Assembly (NCBI GenBank): GCA_944390315.1
Contig: CALXPO010000022.1
Location: forward strand, 1,093 to 65,092
DNA: 64,000 nucleotides
Direction of reading: 5' to 3'
DNA from: an uncultured Alphaproteobacteria bacterium
GTDB lineage: Bacteria > Pseudomonadota > Alphaproteobacteria > RF32 > CAG-239
Under the pieces are notes generated by a model, which saw only the letters and a program-made list of their open reading frames with translations, did not search any database and was not told the DNA's origin. Positions 10,110-20,761 of the stretch are shown here, piece after piece (position 1 is the first letter of the stretch; each line of letters starts with the position of its first letter). Position numbers and translations under genes: made by a program.

Positions 10110-10781
10110 TTATTGCGGCAGGACAGACATAATATCACTAATACGAGCCTTCATGATTTCGGAGGCTTTATCATTTTTAAGCAAATTGTTATAAATTTCT
10201 TTAGCTTCTGCCGTTTTGCCGTTATGCAGATAAGCGACGGCAAGCATTTCCGCAGCTGCGGGCTGCCAACTGCTATTGATATCACGAGCGGTATCGCCTA
10301 TAAGAGCTTCAATTTCTGCCAGAGGAGCGTTTTCTATTTTATAAGAAGCTAATTTAAAAATGACAGTTTGTTTCAATTGCGGATTAAATGATTTATCATT
10401 AATGACTTGTTCCATTAATTTTGTAGCGTCATCGATTTTGTTTTGGTCGAGCAAGATATTTATTTTTTGCATTTGTGCCAATTCGGTAAAAATACCATAA
10501 TCTTTAGCAATAATATAATTAAGGGATTCCATACTATCATCATATTTATTTTGGTTGTACATGCTTATAGCGTAAGCGTAAGTATCTGACCAAGTTTGCA
10601 TTTTTTTAGTATACCAAGATTTGATGGTTTCAAAACTGACGGCGGCAGTTAGAGCTGCTACAATCAGAATAATGATATAGATACCATATTTATCCCAAAT
10701 TTTTTTAAATTCTTCATTTTTAAGATCTTCATTGACTTCTTTTATAAAGGCTTCTTGAGCGCTAGGATCAATTTCTCTCAT
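10110..10781 (-). CDS. YfgM-like tetratricopeptide membrane protein
   Basis: FIKEVNEDL..WDKYG followed by one TM helix and TPR-like helices; position upstream of bamB-der. Confidence 0.8.
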   Translation of the reverse strand: MREIDPSAQEAFIKEVNEDLKNEEFKKIWDKYGIYIIILIVAALTAAVSFETIKSWYTKKMQTWSDTYAYAISMYNQNKYDDSMESLNYIIAKDYGIFTELAQMQKINILLDQNKIDDATKLMEQVINDKSFNPQLKQTVIFKLASYKIENAPLAEIEALIGDTARDINSSWQPAAAEMLAVAYLHNGKTAEAKEIYNNLLKNDKASEIMKARISDIMSVLPQ

Positions 10782-10866
10782 TTTTTTACTTTCAGTTAAC
10801 TGTGTTGTTTTTTTACAGAAGTTATAAACGAATTAATGGATTTAGCAACAAAAATATCACTTTTCC

Positions 10867-12048
10867 TTAACCGTCGTTTTTAACCATCATATAGATAATA
10901 AAGTCTCTTGCCCATTGCAATCCCTCAACGGGGGTTGATTTTCCGAAAGCAAGCATGTTGTCATCTGTAATAATGGCGAGATAGTAGCTGTCGGAAGCGG
11001 GATTGTATACGACCTGAATATCTCTGATTTTATCCAGATGGATATATTCTTTGGCGGAAAGGAAAAGGAATTTATGCACCAAAATGAGTTTATTGTCTTT
11101 TATGACAATTTTATCTTTTCTAAACATGAGGCCCAAGAAGAAGACGGCTAACCCAACGGTGACGACAAAGAAAACAATGGTTTGCAAGGGGGAGCCGATC
11201 ATTCGTTCAATGCGGGTATAATTGAGTGCGGCAATCAACAAAATCAGCAAATAGAAGAAGAGCCAAAATGCAGCCAACAAGCTCAGGACATTCCAAAACA
11301 TTCGTTTAGGTTTAATAATGGTTCTGTCGCTTTTTTTGATACATACGACATCTTTTGGTGCTTTAGGTTCTTGTTCATATAAATCAATCATTCCTTTTAA
11401 ATATAAAAATTCTTTGAGATTTTTGTTAAGTTCGGAGACCTCTCGAACCACGCTTCCTTCATCGGTTTCGATAATTGTCGGCATATTAAGTCTTTTGGCG
11501 TAATAATCCCATATTTGATATATGCCGGTACCGTCTGTTGAAATGTAAAGAGGAATGGTTTTGGCGGGGTCACGGTGAACGAGTTCAATAATATATTTAT
11601 TTTTATTGAGGAGACCGAATTGGAAAAATTCCATTCTTAAACGAACACCTTCATAATTGCGTAAAAATTCTTTAAATAATTCATTTTTGCCAAAAACACC
11701 TTTTAAGTCGACAGAGAAAGTTTTGCCGTTAAAAAAGATTTTTTTGTATCGCATATGGCATACGATGGCGCTGATAATAATCCCGAGCCCGAGGACAATA
11801 AACACCAAATCGACAGCTCTGTGGTCAAACAAAGGCGGGCGCGTATTTTCATCCAAAGTATAAACCCAGCCTTCGGTACTATACATTCCGTTAGATAATT
11901 CAAAACAACCGAGTATAAACATTAACAAACCAAGTATAATGGCTGGCATAACGACTTTAAGAGGCATTCTGTCGGCATGTTTGGTCGGCATTTGTTCAAG
12001 TTTGAGTTGATAATCATAACTTAAGTGCTTAGGTAATTTTTGGCGCAT
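10867..12048 (-). CDS. hypothetical membrane protein with two TM-hairpin plus beta-domain halves
   Basis: 393 aa; two pairs of TM helices, each followed by a soluble beta-rich segment. Confidence 0.65.
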   Translation of the reverse strand: MRQKLPKHLSYDYQLKLEQMPTKHADRMPLKVVMPAIILGLLMFILGCFELSNGMYSTEGWVYTLDENTRPPLFDHRAVDLVFIVLGLGIIISAIVCHMRYKKIFFNGKTFSVDLKGVFGKNELFKEFLRNYEGVRLRMEFFQFGLLNKNKYIIELVHRDPAKTIPLYISTDGTGIYQIWDYYAKRLNMPTIIETDEGSVVREVSELNKNLKEFLYLKGMIDLYEQEPKAPKDVVCIKKSDRTIIKPKRMFWNVLSLLAAFWLFFYLLILLIAALNYTRIERMIGSPLQTIVFFVVTVGLAVFFLGLMFRKDKIVIKDNKLILVHKFLFLSAKEYIHLDKIRDIQVVYNPASDSYYLAIITDDNMLAFGKSTPVEGLQWARDFIIYMMVKNDG

Positions 12049-12211
12049 CGATATTATCCTTATATTAATCAGATTTTAATTTAGCGATATGTTATCTCAT
12101 ATTTTTAAAATAATCATCTTTTTTTTACAAAATTTCATCGTCTTTCATTATATTTTAACTAATAAGGTTTAAAGCTGAAACCACAAAGCCGGTAGATTGG
12201 GGGAACATGTA

Positions 12212-13354
12212 ATGGATTGCAACTTGTCCAGTATTTGCGGAGGGTGCTCTTTGCGGCATCTGGAAGAAAAACAATATCGGCAATATAAAATTGATTTGGT
12301 AAAAAAGGCGTTGCAATCCATTACCCGGCAGAATTTCGTTTTGAATTATCCTATTTTTATTGGTGAAGGGGTGCGCCGCCGCGCCAGTTTTGCCTTTAGG
12401 CGTTCTAAAGGAAGAATTCTTTTAGGTTTTAATGCTTTTCATAGTAACGAAATCGTTGATTTGTCATTTTGCCCGCAGTTGACGGCAAGACTTAACCGCA
12501 ATTTGGATTTTTTTCGCAATCTGCTTGCGGAAATTTGTCGTACGCCGATAACGGTCAAAGAAGGCAAAAAGGGCAAAAGTAAAACGATTTATGTTGACAG
12601 CGGCGATTTATGGTTGACCGAAGCCGAAAACGGCATTGATGCGGTGCTGGAATTTAATTGCCCTCTAAATTTGGACTTGCGTCAGATTATTTTTGAACAA
12701 GTTTCCGCCAATGGTGATATTGTTCGTATATCACATCGTTTGAGTGCGGATAAACAATCGGAAACGATTATAGAAAAAGCGGCACCGTATATTGTGGCCG
12801 GACAAACGATGGTCTATATTCCGGCGGGAACATTTCTTCAACCTTCCAAAGAAGGACAAGAGGTTCTGACTGATTTGGTATTAAAATATGTCGGTTCGTC
12901 AGGCGGCAAAATAGCAGATTTGTTTTGCGGGGTCGGAACTTTTTCTTACCCGTTGGCAACCGATAAAAATAATAAAATCACGGCGGTGGATTCGTCGTCG
13001 GCTTTGCTGGAAGGTTTCAAAATTTCAATAAATCGGCAAATGATAAGCAATATTGAAATTATCAATCGCAATTTGTTTAAATATCCTTTGGATGAAAAAG
13101 AGTTAGCTCCCTTTGATGTCGTTGTTTTTGATCCGCCGAGAGCCGGAGCAAAAGAGCAAGTTGCCAAATTAGCGCACATGTCAGAGGAAAAACGTCCGAA
13201 CAGACTGGTGGCGGTGTCTTGTAATCCAGAAACTTTTGCCCGCGATGCCGAAATTTTGCAAAACGGCGGATATACTTTGCGCGAGGTAACGCCGGTAGAC
13301 CAATTTGTTTATACGTCGCATTGCGAGTTGGTCGCCTATTTTGAAAAAAATTGA
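12212..13354 (+). CDS. RNA (uracil-5)-methyltransferase, RlmD/TrmA family
   Basis: CxxxxxCGGC Fe-S motif, FLQPS, DLFCGVG, DPPRAG, VSCNP, DQF..HCE; no TRAM domain. Confidence 0.88.
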   Translation: MDCNLSSICGGCSLRHLEEKQYRQYKIDLVKKALQSITRQNFVLNYPIFIGEGVRRRASFAFRRSKGRILLGFNAFHSNEIVDLSFCPQLTARLNRNLDFFRNLLAEICRTPITVKEGKKGKSKTIYVDSGDLWLTEAENGIDAVLEFNCPLNLDLRQIIFEQVSANGDIVRISHRLSADKQSETIIEKAAPYIVAGQTMVYIPAGTFLQPSKEGQEVLTDLVLKYVGSSGGKIADLFCGVGTFSYPLATDKNNKITAVDSSSALLEGFKISINRQMISNIEIINRNLFKYPLDEKELAPFDVVVFDPPRAGAKEQVAKLAHMSEEKRPNRLVAVSCNPETFARDAEILQNGGYTLREVTPVDQFVYTSHCELVAYFEKN

Positions 13355-13440
13355 TATAAACAATTCCGCTTGCACTATTTACAAATTAAAAGCCTTTCTT
13401 TATATTTGAAAACATACTAACAAATATAAGGAAGAATTAA

Positions 13441-13935
13441 ATGTCAAAAAAGTTTTTTTTAGCCGCATTTGTATTGCTACTTTCGTCTTGTGCCGGTAAA
13501 CAAGAGGTTTTTGTGCATTATTGTCCGAATGTACAAATCGTGCCCGAATTCAGCCGTATGACGATTATGGCCGGCAAAGAGCCAGAAGCTAAAGTAGAAT
13601 TAATCGGTTATGAGGGGTATTGCCGCACCGATGTCCGTAATCAGGCTAAAGCCGTCGTCGCCCCGATTTTTGAAGTCTCCCGCTTAAACGAAACTTCGGA
13701 TAAAAAAGTTCGGTTTAGTTATTATACCGATACGGGTTCTAATAAAATAGTTATGCTTGGTAAGGAAAAACATTCTGTTGTTGTGGATGCTCCTAAAATC
13801 GGTGAAAAAATTATGTATCAGGGGGATTATGTCGAATTGAGAATTCCCGAAGATCAACCGGGTTATCCGATAAAATTGGGCTTGATGCTCAGCAACGCTC
13901 AATATCGCTATAATCGTATACATGGTATGCAATAA
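13441..13935 (+). CDS. hypothetical lipoprotein
   Basis: Signal peptide with lipobox LLSSC; CPNV motif. Confidence 0.7.
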   Translation: MSKKFFLAAFVLLLSSCAGKQEVFVHYCPNVQIVPEFSRMTIMAGKEPEAKVELIGYEGYCRTDVRNQAKAVVAPIFEVSRLNETSDKKVRFSYYTDTGSNKIVMLGKEKHSVVVDAPKIGEKIMYQGDYVELRIPEDQPGYPIKLGLMLSNAQYRYNRIHGMQ

Positions 13936-13948
13936 TCAGGAGAAAAAT

Positions 13949-15928
13949 ATGTCTTATAACAATCAGGCTTTGTCCTCACGTATGGCCAATGCGATTCGTT
14001 TTTTGTCAGTTGATGCCATCAATAAATCTAAATCCGGACACCCCGGAATGCCGCTCGGCATGGCAGACGTCGCAACCGTCTTGTTCGGTCGCTATATCAA
14101 AATCAATCCTGAGGCGCCGCATTGGTTTGACCGTGACCGTTTTGTCTTGTCTGCGGGACACGGCTCCATGTTGCTCTATTCTTTACTTTACCTCTTGGGT
14201 TACAAAGATATTTCAATTGAAGATATCAAAAATTTCCGCCAACTCGGTGCCAAAACAGCAGGACATCCCGAATATAAACATTTGGCAGGCGTGGAAATGA
14301 CGACCGGTCCGCTGGGACAGGGAATTGCTTCCGCCGTCGGTATGGCGATAGCCGAACGTCGCTTAAATGCCAAATACGGCAACGCTTTGTGCAATCACTA
14401 TACTTATGTGATTGCCGGTGACGGTTGCCTGATGGAGGGTATTTCCGAAGAAGCAATCGCTCTGGCCGGACATTGGAAATTAAATAAATTGATTGTCTTT
14501 TGGGATAACAACAATATCACCATCGACGGCACGGTCGACAAAGCCAGCTCGGTTGACCAGATTAAACGTTTTGAGGCGGCAGGTTGGAATACTTTGTCAG
14601 TCGACGGACAAAATCAAGAAGAAATTGCCGCCGCTATCGAAAAAGCACAAAAGTCCGACAAGCCGGTGTTAATTGCCTGCAAAACCACCATCGGATTCGG
14701 CTCGCCCAATAAGCAGGGGACAAGCTCTTGCCACGGTTCGCCTTTGGGAGAGGAAGAACGTGCTCTGATGGCAAAAGAATTGCAATGGACGGCCAAAGAA
14801 TTTGAAGTCCCTGCCGATGTGCTTGCCGCATGGCGCAAAGCCGGAGAGCGTTCTTATGAGGCTTGTGCCGCTTGGGAAAAGAAAGCCGCTGCTGCCGGTC
14901 AAAAATTTAATGACGAAATCAACGGCAAATTGCCCAAAAATTGGTTGAAATCGCTTAATGCTTTGAAAAATCAGGCAATTGCCGAACAAACCAAAGTTGC
15001 AACCCGTAAGGCTTCACAAATGTGTTTGGAAAAAATCGTTCCCGCCGTTCCGAGTATTATCGGCGGTTCGGCGGACTTGGCCGCTTCCAATCTGACTTTT
15101 GTGAAAGGCATGAAAACCATTACGGCCGAAGACTATGACGGTAACAACTTGATGTACGGTATTCGTGAACATGCCATGGGTGCCATTATGAACGGTATGG
15201 CTTTGCACGGCGGCGTAATTCCTTACGGTGGTACGTTCTTTGTCTTTTCCGACTATGTGCGTCCGTCGATTCGATTGGCGGCTTTAATGGGCTTGCGTGT
15301 CATTTATGTCTTAACTCACGATTCCATCGGTGTCGGCGAAGACGGTCCGACCCATCAGCCGATTGAGCATCTGGCATCATATCGCGCCATGCCCAATGTT
15401 TTGATGTTCCGTCCTTGTGATGTGGTTGAAACTGCCGAGGCTTGGCAGATTGCAATCGAAACCGAAAACAAACCGAGCCTGTTGGCTTTGAGCCGTCAAA
15501 ATCTGCCGATGCTCAGAACATCTGCCCGCCAAAACTTAACGGCAAAAGGCGGTTACGTTATTTCGGATGTCAGCAAAGGAGCACGCCGTCAGGCGACAAT
15601 TATTGCCACCGGTTCGGAAGTCTCATTGGCGGTTGAAGCACAAAAAATGTTGCATGAACAAGGGATTGAAGTCGCTGTTGTTTCCATGCCTTGTACCGAG
15701 TTGTTTGATGCCCAAGATGAAAAATATCGTAAAAAAGTATTGGGCAGAGCACCGCGTGTTGCCGTAGAAGCCGCAGCCAAATTCGGTTGGGAAAAATATG
15801 TCGGCGATAAGGGTACGATTATCGGAATGGACGGTTTCGGTGCTTCGGGACCGGCATCCGAATTGTATAAACATTTTGGCATTACGGCCGAAGCGGTAGT
15901 TGATGCCGTGAAAGCATATTGTCGTTAA
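13949..15928 (+). CDS. tkt: transketolase
   Basis: SGHPGMPLG, RDRFVLSAGH, GDGCLMEG, YGIREH, THDSIGVGEDGPTHQP. Confidence 0.98.
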   Translation: MSYNNQALSSRMANAIRFLSVDAINKSKSGHPGMPLGMADVATVLFGRYIKINPEAPHWFDRDRFVLSAGHGSMLLYSLLYLLGYKDISIEDIKNFRQLGAKTAGHPEYKHLAGVEMTTGPLGQGIASAVGMAIAERRLNAKYGNALCNHYTYVIAGDGCLMEGISEEAIALAGHWKLNKLIVFWDNNNITIDGTVDKASSVDQIKRFEAAGWNTLSVDGQNQEEIAAAIEKAQKSDKPVLIACKTTIGFGSPNKQGTSSCHGSPLGEEERALMAKELQWTAKEFEVPADVLAAWRKAGERSYEACAAWEKKAAAAGQKFNDEINGKLPKNWLKSLNALKNQAIAEQTKVATRKASQMCLEKIVPAVPSIIGGSADLAASNLTFVKGMKTITAEDYDGNNLMYGIREHAMGAIMNGMALHGGVIPYGGTFFVFSDYVRPSIRLAALMGLRVIYVLTHDSIGVGEDGPTHQPIEHLASYRAMPNVLMFRPCDVVETAEAWQIAIETENKPSLLALSRQNLPMLRTSARQNLTAKGGYVISDVSKGARRQATIIATGSEVSLAVEAQKMLHEQGIEVAVVSMPCTELFDAQDEKYRKKVLGRAPRVAVEAAAKFGWEKYVGDKGTIIGMDGFGASGPASELYKHFGITAEAVVDAVKAYCR

Positions 15929-16095
15929 AAGTTACCAAAAGAGAGGCGAGGGGCAAAATTTATTTTTGCCTCTTGCTTTTTTGGAGATTTTGCGAGTTTG
16001 TGCAGATTTATAAAAAAACTTGAAAAATTACGATGTCTGACTATACTCAAAACAAACTTTAAGATTTTAATTAAAACAGTTTAAGGAGAAAATAT

Positions 16096-17145
16096 ATGCC
16101 TTTAGTAACAATGCGCCAGATTTTGGATCACGCTGCCGAAAATAGCTATGGTGTTCCGGCTTTTAATGTCAATGATATGGAACAAATTATTGCCGTATTG
16201 CAAGCCGCTCGCAAGGTTAACGCTCCGGTTATTTTGCAAACTTCGACCGGTGCCCGCAAATTTGCCGGTGATCCGATGATTCGTCATATGGTTGCCGCCG
16301 GAATTGAAATGTTTCCCGAATTGCCGATTTGTCTGCACCAAGACCATGGTTCTTCGGTAGATATCTGCCAATCAGCTATCGTTAACGGCTATTCTTCGGT
16401 TATGATGGACGGCTCTTTGGAAGCTGACGGCAAAACTCCGTCTTCTTACGAATACAATGTTCATGTAACCAAAGAAGTTGTTGCCCGCGCTCATGCCGTC
16501 GGTGCATCGGTTGAAGGTGAGTTGGGTGTTATCGGCTCTTTGGAAACCGGAAAAGGTGACAAAGAAGATGGTCACGGTGCCGAAGGAACAATTGATAAAA
16601 AACGCTTGGTAACCGATCCGGACGAAGCCGCACGCTTTGTTGCCGAAACCAAATTGGATGCTTTGGCCGTTGCCGTCGGAACTTCTCACGGTGCTTATAA
16701 GTTCACCCGCAAGCCGACCGGAGATATTTTGGCTATTGACGTTATTGAAAAAATTCACGCCAAATTGCCCAATACCCACATGGTAATGCACGGTTCTTCT
16801 TCCGTTCCGCAAGAATTGCAAGATTTGATTAATGCTTACGGCGGTGCCATTCCGCAAACCTTCGGTGTTCCGGTAGAAGAAATCGTTCGCGGTATTAAGT
16901 CAGGTGTCCGTAAAGTTAACGTTGATACCGACTGCCGTATGGCCATTACCGGTGCCATCCGCAAATTGTTTGCCGAAAATCCGAAAGAATTCGATCCGCG
17001 CAAATACCTCAAACCGGCTATCGAAGAAATGCAGAAAGTATGCGAAGCTCGCTACATTGCTTTCGGTGCCGCCGGTCATGCCGACAAAATCAAAGTTATC
17101 CCGATGTCGGAAATGGCTAAAAAATATGCTGCCGGTGAATTCTAA
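16096..17145 (+). CDS. fba: fructose-bisphosphate aldolase class II
   Basis: [33 protein letters not shown]. Confidence 0.97.
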   Translation: MPLVTMRQILDHAAENSYGVPAFNVNDMEQIIAVLQAARKVNAPVILQTSTGARKFAGDPMIRHMVAAGIEMFPELPICLHQDHGSSVDICQSAIVNGYSSVMMDGSLEADGKTPSSYEYNVHVTKEVVARAHAVGASVEGELGVIGSLETGKGDKEDGHGAEGTIDKKRLVTDPDEAARFVAETKLDALAVAVGTSHGAYKFTRKPTGDILAIDVIEKIHAKLPNTHMVMHGSSSVPQELQDLINAYGGAIPQTFGVPVEEIVRGIKSGVRKVNVDTDCRMAITGAIRKLFAENPKEFDPRKYLKPAIEEMQKVCEARYIAFGAAGHADKIKVIPMSEMAKKYAAGEF

Positions 17146-17166
17146 TCGCAAGCGCAAGTTAAAAAT

Positions 17167-17195
17167 AAAAACCCCGCTGTTCGGCGGGGTTTTTT
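17167..17195. terminator. bidirectional intrinsic terminator between fba and alr
   Basis: aaaaaccccgc-tgttcg-gcggggtttttt between convergent genes. Confidence 0.85.
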
Positions 17196-17212
17196 GTTGG
17201 GTGTTAAATTTA

Positions 17213-18301
17213 TCATTTGCTGTAAATACGCTTAAAACGAGGATTTTTGCCCAAGCGGGAAAGCACCTCGTAGGCAATTGTTCCGGCATCGCGTCCGATA
17301 TCGTCAAGAGTGTAGAATTCGTTGACGATATGTCCCAAATCACCGACCTTGAGGTTGGGCACTTCGGTTACGTCGCAAATAATGTTATCCATAGACAAAC
17401 GACCGATAATTCTGGCTTCGCAAGTTTTGCCGCCGTTTAGGAAAAATACTTTGCCGATGTTGGAGAGCGAACGCGGAACACCGTCGCCGTAACCGATGGA
17501 AACGATGGCGATTTTGCGATTGTCGGCGGCGCGATAAGTTGCGGAGTAGCCGACAAAATCACCTTTTTGCAACTCGGCAATTTCCAAAACCGGAGCCAAA
17601 ACTTTTACCACCGGCAACATCTGATTTTCGCGGTAAGGCGCGGTATTGATACCGTACATGGCCGCACCTAAACGAACAATATCAAATTGATAGTCGGCGC
17701 CCAAAAAAGTTCCGTCCGAAGCAGAAAGCGAGGCGGGCAGGCGAGAGAAAAATCTTTCCTTGAGGCGCAGAAAGTTTTGCAGTTGATGTTCATTCATAAA
17801 ATGGTCTTTTTCGTCGGCGCAGGCCAAATGCGAAAGAACCAAAGAGAACAAATCCCTGTCGTCGGGAGACATTTCAAACAAATCTTTTTCTCTGAAACCC
17901 AAACGATTTAAGCCGGTTTCAATCTGAATAGCGGGTTTAATACCGTCAATTTTGTGTTCTTTCCAAAATTTGAGTTGTTCCGGTCCGGCGATAACGGGGA
18001 TAAGTTTGGCTTTTTGAAAAGATTGCAAACTGTCTTCACCGATTCCCTGTAAAACGTAAATCTTTGCGTTGGGAGCGACGGCGCGTACTTTTTCGCCTTC
18101 AATGCCGTGTGCCACAAAAAAACAACGGCAGTCGGCTTCATCATACAAAACTTTTGCTACCGTTTCGGCACCCAAACCGTAAGCATCATCTTTGACTACG
18201 GCTGCGGCTTCCGATTTTGGTGCCAAGCCTTTTAACAAAAGATAATTCTTTTTCAAATTGCCGAGATTGATTTCCAAAATCGGTCTTGTCAAAATACTCA
18301 T
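17213..18301 (-). CDS. alr: alanine racemase
   Basis: VVKDDAYGLG PLP lysine, TGLNRLG, SHLACAD, GYSATY, GRLSMD. Confidence 0.95.
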   Translation of the reverse strand: MSILTRPILEINLGNLKKNYLLLKGLAPKSEAAAVVKDDAYGLGAETVAKVLYDEADCRCFFVAHGIEGEKVRAVAPNAKIYVLQGIGEDSLQSFQKAKLIPVIAGPEQLKFWKEHKIDGIKPAIQIETGLNRLGFREKDLFEMSPDDRDLFSLVLSHLACADEKDHFMNEHQLQNFLRLKERFFSRLPASLSASDGTFLGADYQFDIVRLGAAMYGINTAPYRENQMLPVVKVLAPVLEIAELQKGDFVGYSATYRAADNRKIAIVSIGYGDGVPRSLSNIGKVFFLNGGKTCEARIIGRLSMDNIICDVTEVPNLKVGDLGHIVNEFYTLDDIGRDAGTIAYEVLSRLGKNPRFKRIYSK

Positions 18302-18355
18302 ATCTGCTTATTATCCTTTCCAATAATTTGATTTTTTATAAAAGAGCAAAATTGT

Positions 18356-19096
18356 ATGAATTTTAGCGATATGCACATTCACTTGCAAGATTATAAGATA
18401 AACTGTGCAACGGATATTATCAACGCCGCGGTTAAAATCGGCGTAAACAGGTTTGTCTGCGCCGCCACAAGTGAAAAAGATTGGCAAGCGGTCAAAGATT
18501 TTGCTTTAAATAAAAGGATTATTCCCGCCTTTGGTATCCATCCGTGGTACGTCGGCGATGTTGAACAAGGTTGGGAACAAAGGTTAAAAAACATATTGGA
18601 GCAAAATCCGCAAGCCTTGGTCGGAGAATGTGGATTGGACGGATTAAAACCGGATTTTGAACTGCAAAAAGAAGTGTTTGATGTTCATTGCCGATTGGCA
18701 ATAGAATTGCAACGTCCGTTGATTGTGCATGCCGTCAAGGCGGTGGACGCTCTGAATTGCGTTTTGCCTGATATGCCGCCTCGTTTTATGATACATTCTT
18801 TTAACGGTCGGTCGGAGCATTTGCGTCCGATTGTGCAAAACGGCGGATATGTTTCTTTTTCGGCGTCGATTTTGAAAAACCGCGAGGGGCAAAAAATCAT
18901 TCAAAACATACCGGCGGACAGATTGTTGCTTGAAACTGACGGACCTTATCAGGGACCGATAAAGGGAGAAGAACAAACACCGATGTTTTTGCCTGAATTA
19001 TTGGCGCAAATTGCAAAATGGAAAAATCAAGAAGAAGAGGAATTGTCGGCTCAAATAGAAGTCAACGCAAAGGAATTTATTTATGGAAAACAGTAG
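18356..19096 (+). CDS. TatD family hydrolase
   Basis: DMHIH, GIHPW, GECGLD, IHSF, LLETD. Confidence 0.93.
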   Translation: MNFSDMHIHLQDYKINCATDIINAAVKIGVNRFVCAATSEKDWQAVKDFALNKRIIPAFGIHPWYVGDVEQGWEQRLKNILEQNPQALVGECGLDGLKPDFELQKEVFDVHCRLAIELQRPLIVHAVKAVDALNCVLPDMPPRFMIHSFNGRSEHLRPIVQNGGYVSFSASILKNREGQKIIQNIPADRLLLETDGPYQGPIKGEEQTPMFLPELLAQIAKWKNQEEEELSAQIEVNAKEFIYGKQ

Positions 19097-19829
19097 ATTT
19101 ATGCGCATCGAAGCTCTGCTCGGAGAAGAAAATTTCAAGCGTTTGCAAAACAGCTCGGTGATGATTGTCGGCTTGGGCGCCGTCGGCGGCTATGTTTTGG
19201 AAGCCTTGGCTCGCTCGGGCATAGGACATTTGATTCTGGTTGATTTTGATAAGGTTGAAGAAAGCAATATCAACCGCCAGATTTTGGCGCTCGGTTCCAC
19301 CATCGGGCAAAAGAAAAGCGAGTTGGCGGCCAAGAGGGTAAAAGACATTAATCCCGACTGCAAGGTTGAAGTCAGGGATATGTTTGTCAATGCCGAAACT
19401 TTGCCCGAGCTTTTGGAACAAAAAGTAGATATGGTGGTCGACGCCATAGATTCGCTTAATCCCAAATGCGGGTTGATGCAGGCGCTGACGGAAAAGCAGA
19501 TTCCTTTTATTTCTTCAATGGGGGCGGCACTCAAAACCGATACGACAAGTATCAAACTTCAAACTTTGGATAAGACCAAAAATTGCCCGTTGGCCAAGTT
19601 TATCCGCAAGCGCTTGAAACATCGCGGGTGTGATTTGCACAAAATTTGGTGCGTATCTTCCGACGAAGTCGTTTCCGTTCCCGAAAGTGCTTTGTTTATG
19701 GAGGATAAACCATCTGACGGTGGCAGACAACGGCATACCATGGGGTCATTGCCGACGGTAACCTCCATTTTCGGTTTAACCATTGCCAATGAGGTTATTT
19801 TGCGGCTGTCAGGATACAAGAAAGCATAA
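19083..19829 (+). CDS. tcdA: tRNA threonylcarbamoyladenosine dehydratase (ThiF family)
   Basis: GLGAVG, SNINRQ, VDAID, SSMGAA, CPLAKFIRKRL. Confidence 0.9.
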   Translation: MENSRFMRIEALLGEENFKRLQNSSVMIVGLGAVGGYVLEALARSGIGHLILVDFDKVEESNINRQILALGSTIGQKKSELAAKRVKDINPDCKVEVRDMFVNAETLPELLEQKVDMVVDAIDSLNPKCGLMQALTEKQIPFISSMGAALKTDTTSIKLQTLDKTKNCPLAKFIRKRLKHRGCDLHKIWCVSSDEVVSVPESALFMEDKPSDGGRQRHTMGSLPTVTSIFGLTIANEVILRLSGYKKA

Positions 19830-19911
19830 TAAAACTTGCAATTTAAATCGTTTTTTAATAATGCTCTGCTATTGTTAGACAAAATATAAAAAGTTTAATG
19901 AGTGTTAAGTT

Positions 19912-20760
19912 ATGAAAATGATAAAGCCGATAGTTAATCTCTCTAAAGTCATTGACGCCTACGATGCCGTTGTTTGCGGCTTTAACGGCGTCATCCATAA
20001 CGGTGTTGCTTTTATTCCCGATGCCATGGAGACTTTGATAGAGCTCTATAAACGCGGTAAAAAAATTGTTCTCGTCAGCAACAGTGCAATGCGGGTGGAA
20101 GAATTATGTCGTCTGTTTCATCAGGCGGGCTATTCTCCGCGCCTGTTTTCGGCAATGGTCACGGCCGGAGAAGTTTTGCACTATCAGTTGCCGAGTTTCG
20201 GCTTGCAAAAAAATTACTATAATCTCGGTGACCAAAATGCGGAATCTGTTTTTGACGGTTTGCCATATGTCAAAGTTTCGGATTTGAACAAAGCTGATTT
20301 TGTTTATATCGGCAATTTAGCCGAAGGATGCGGTGTCGATGCTTGTCTGGACAACCTGCATCACGCGGTCAGTTTGGGGTTGCCTTTGGTTTGCGTCGGT
20401 AATGATACCTCTGTGCTGTGGGGTGATGACGTGGTTTCGGCGGCAGGTTCAATCGCCGAACAATATGCCGTCCTAGGCGGCAAAATCATAACCGTCGGCA
20501 AACCTGATGCCAAAATAGTGGAATATGCCTTGGGGGCGTTGACAGATATCGAGCGCAAAAAAATATTATTTATCGGGGACAGCATGCCGACGGATATAAA
20601 AGCTGCTACTTTGGTCGGAATTTCATCATGTTTAGTGACCAAAGGCATCCATATTAATTTCTTGGGAGAGGGGTATATTCCCGATGTTACCAAAACACGC
20701 GAACTCGGTAATATGCTGGAAGCGTATCCCGATTATGTTATTTCAAAGTTGCGTTGGTAG
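19912..20760 (+). CDS. HAD-IIA family protein (TIGR01459-like) with altered motif I
   Basis: GVIHNG, VSNS, GKPD, IGDSMPTDI, TKGIH; motif I reads CGFNGV with no Asp. Confidence 0.85.
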   Translation: MKMIKPIVNLSKVIDAYDAVVCGFNGVIHNGVAFIPDAMETLIELYKRGKKIVLVSNSAMRVEELCRLFHQAGYSPRLFSAMVTAGEVLHYQLPSFGLQKNYYNLGDQNAESVFDGLPYVKVSDLNKADFVYIGNLAEGCGVDACLDNLHHAVSLGLPLVCVGNDTSVLWGDDVVSAAGSIAEQYAVLGGKIITVGKPDAKIVEYALGALTDIERKKILFIGDSMPTDIKAATLVGISSCLVTKGIHINFLGEGYIPDVTKTRELGNMLEAYPDYVISKLRW

Positions 20761-20761
20761 C

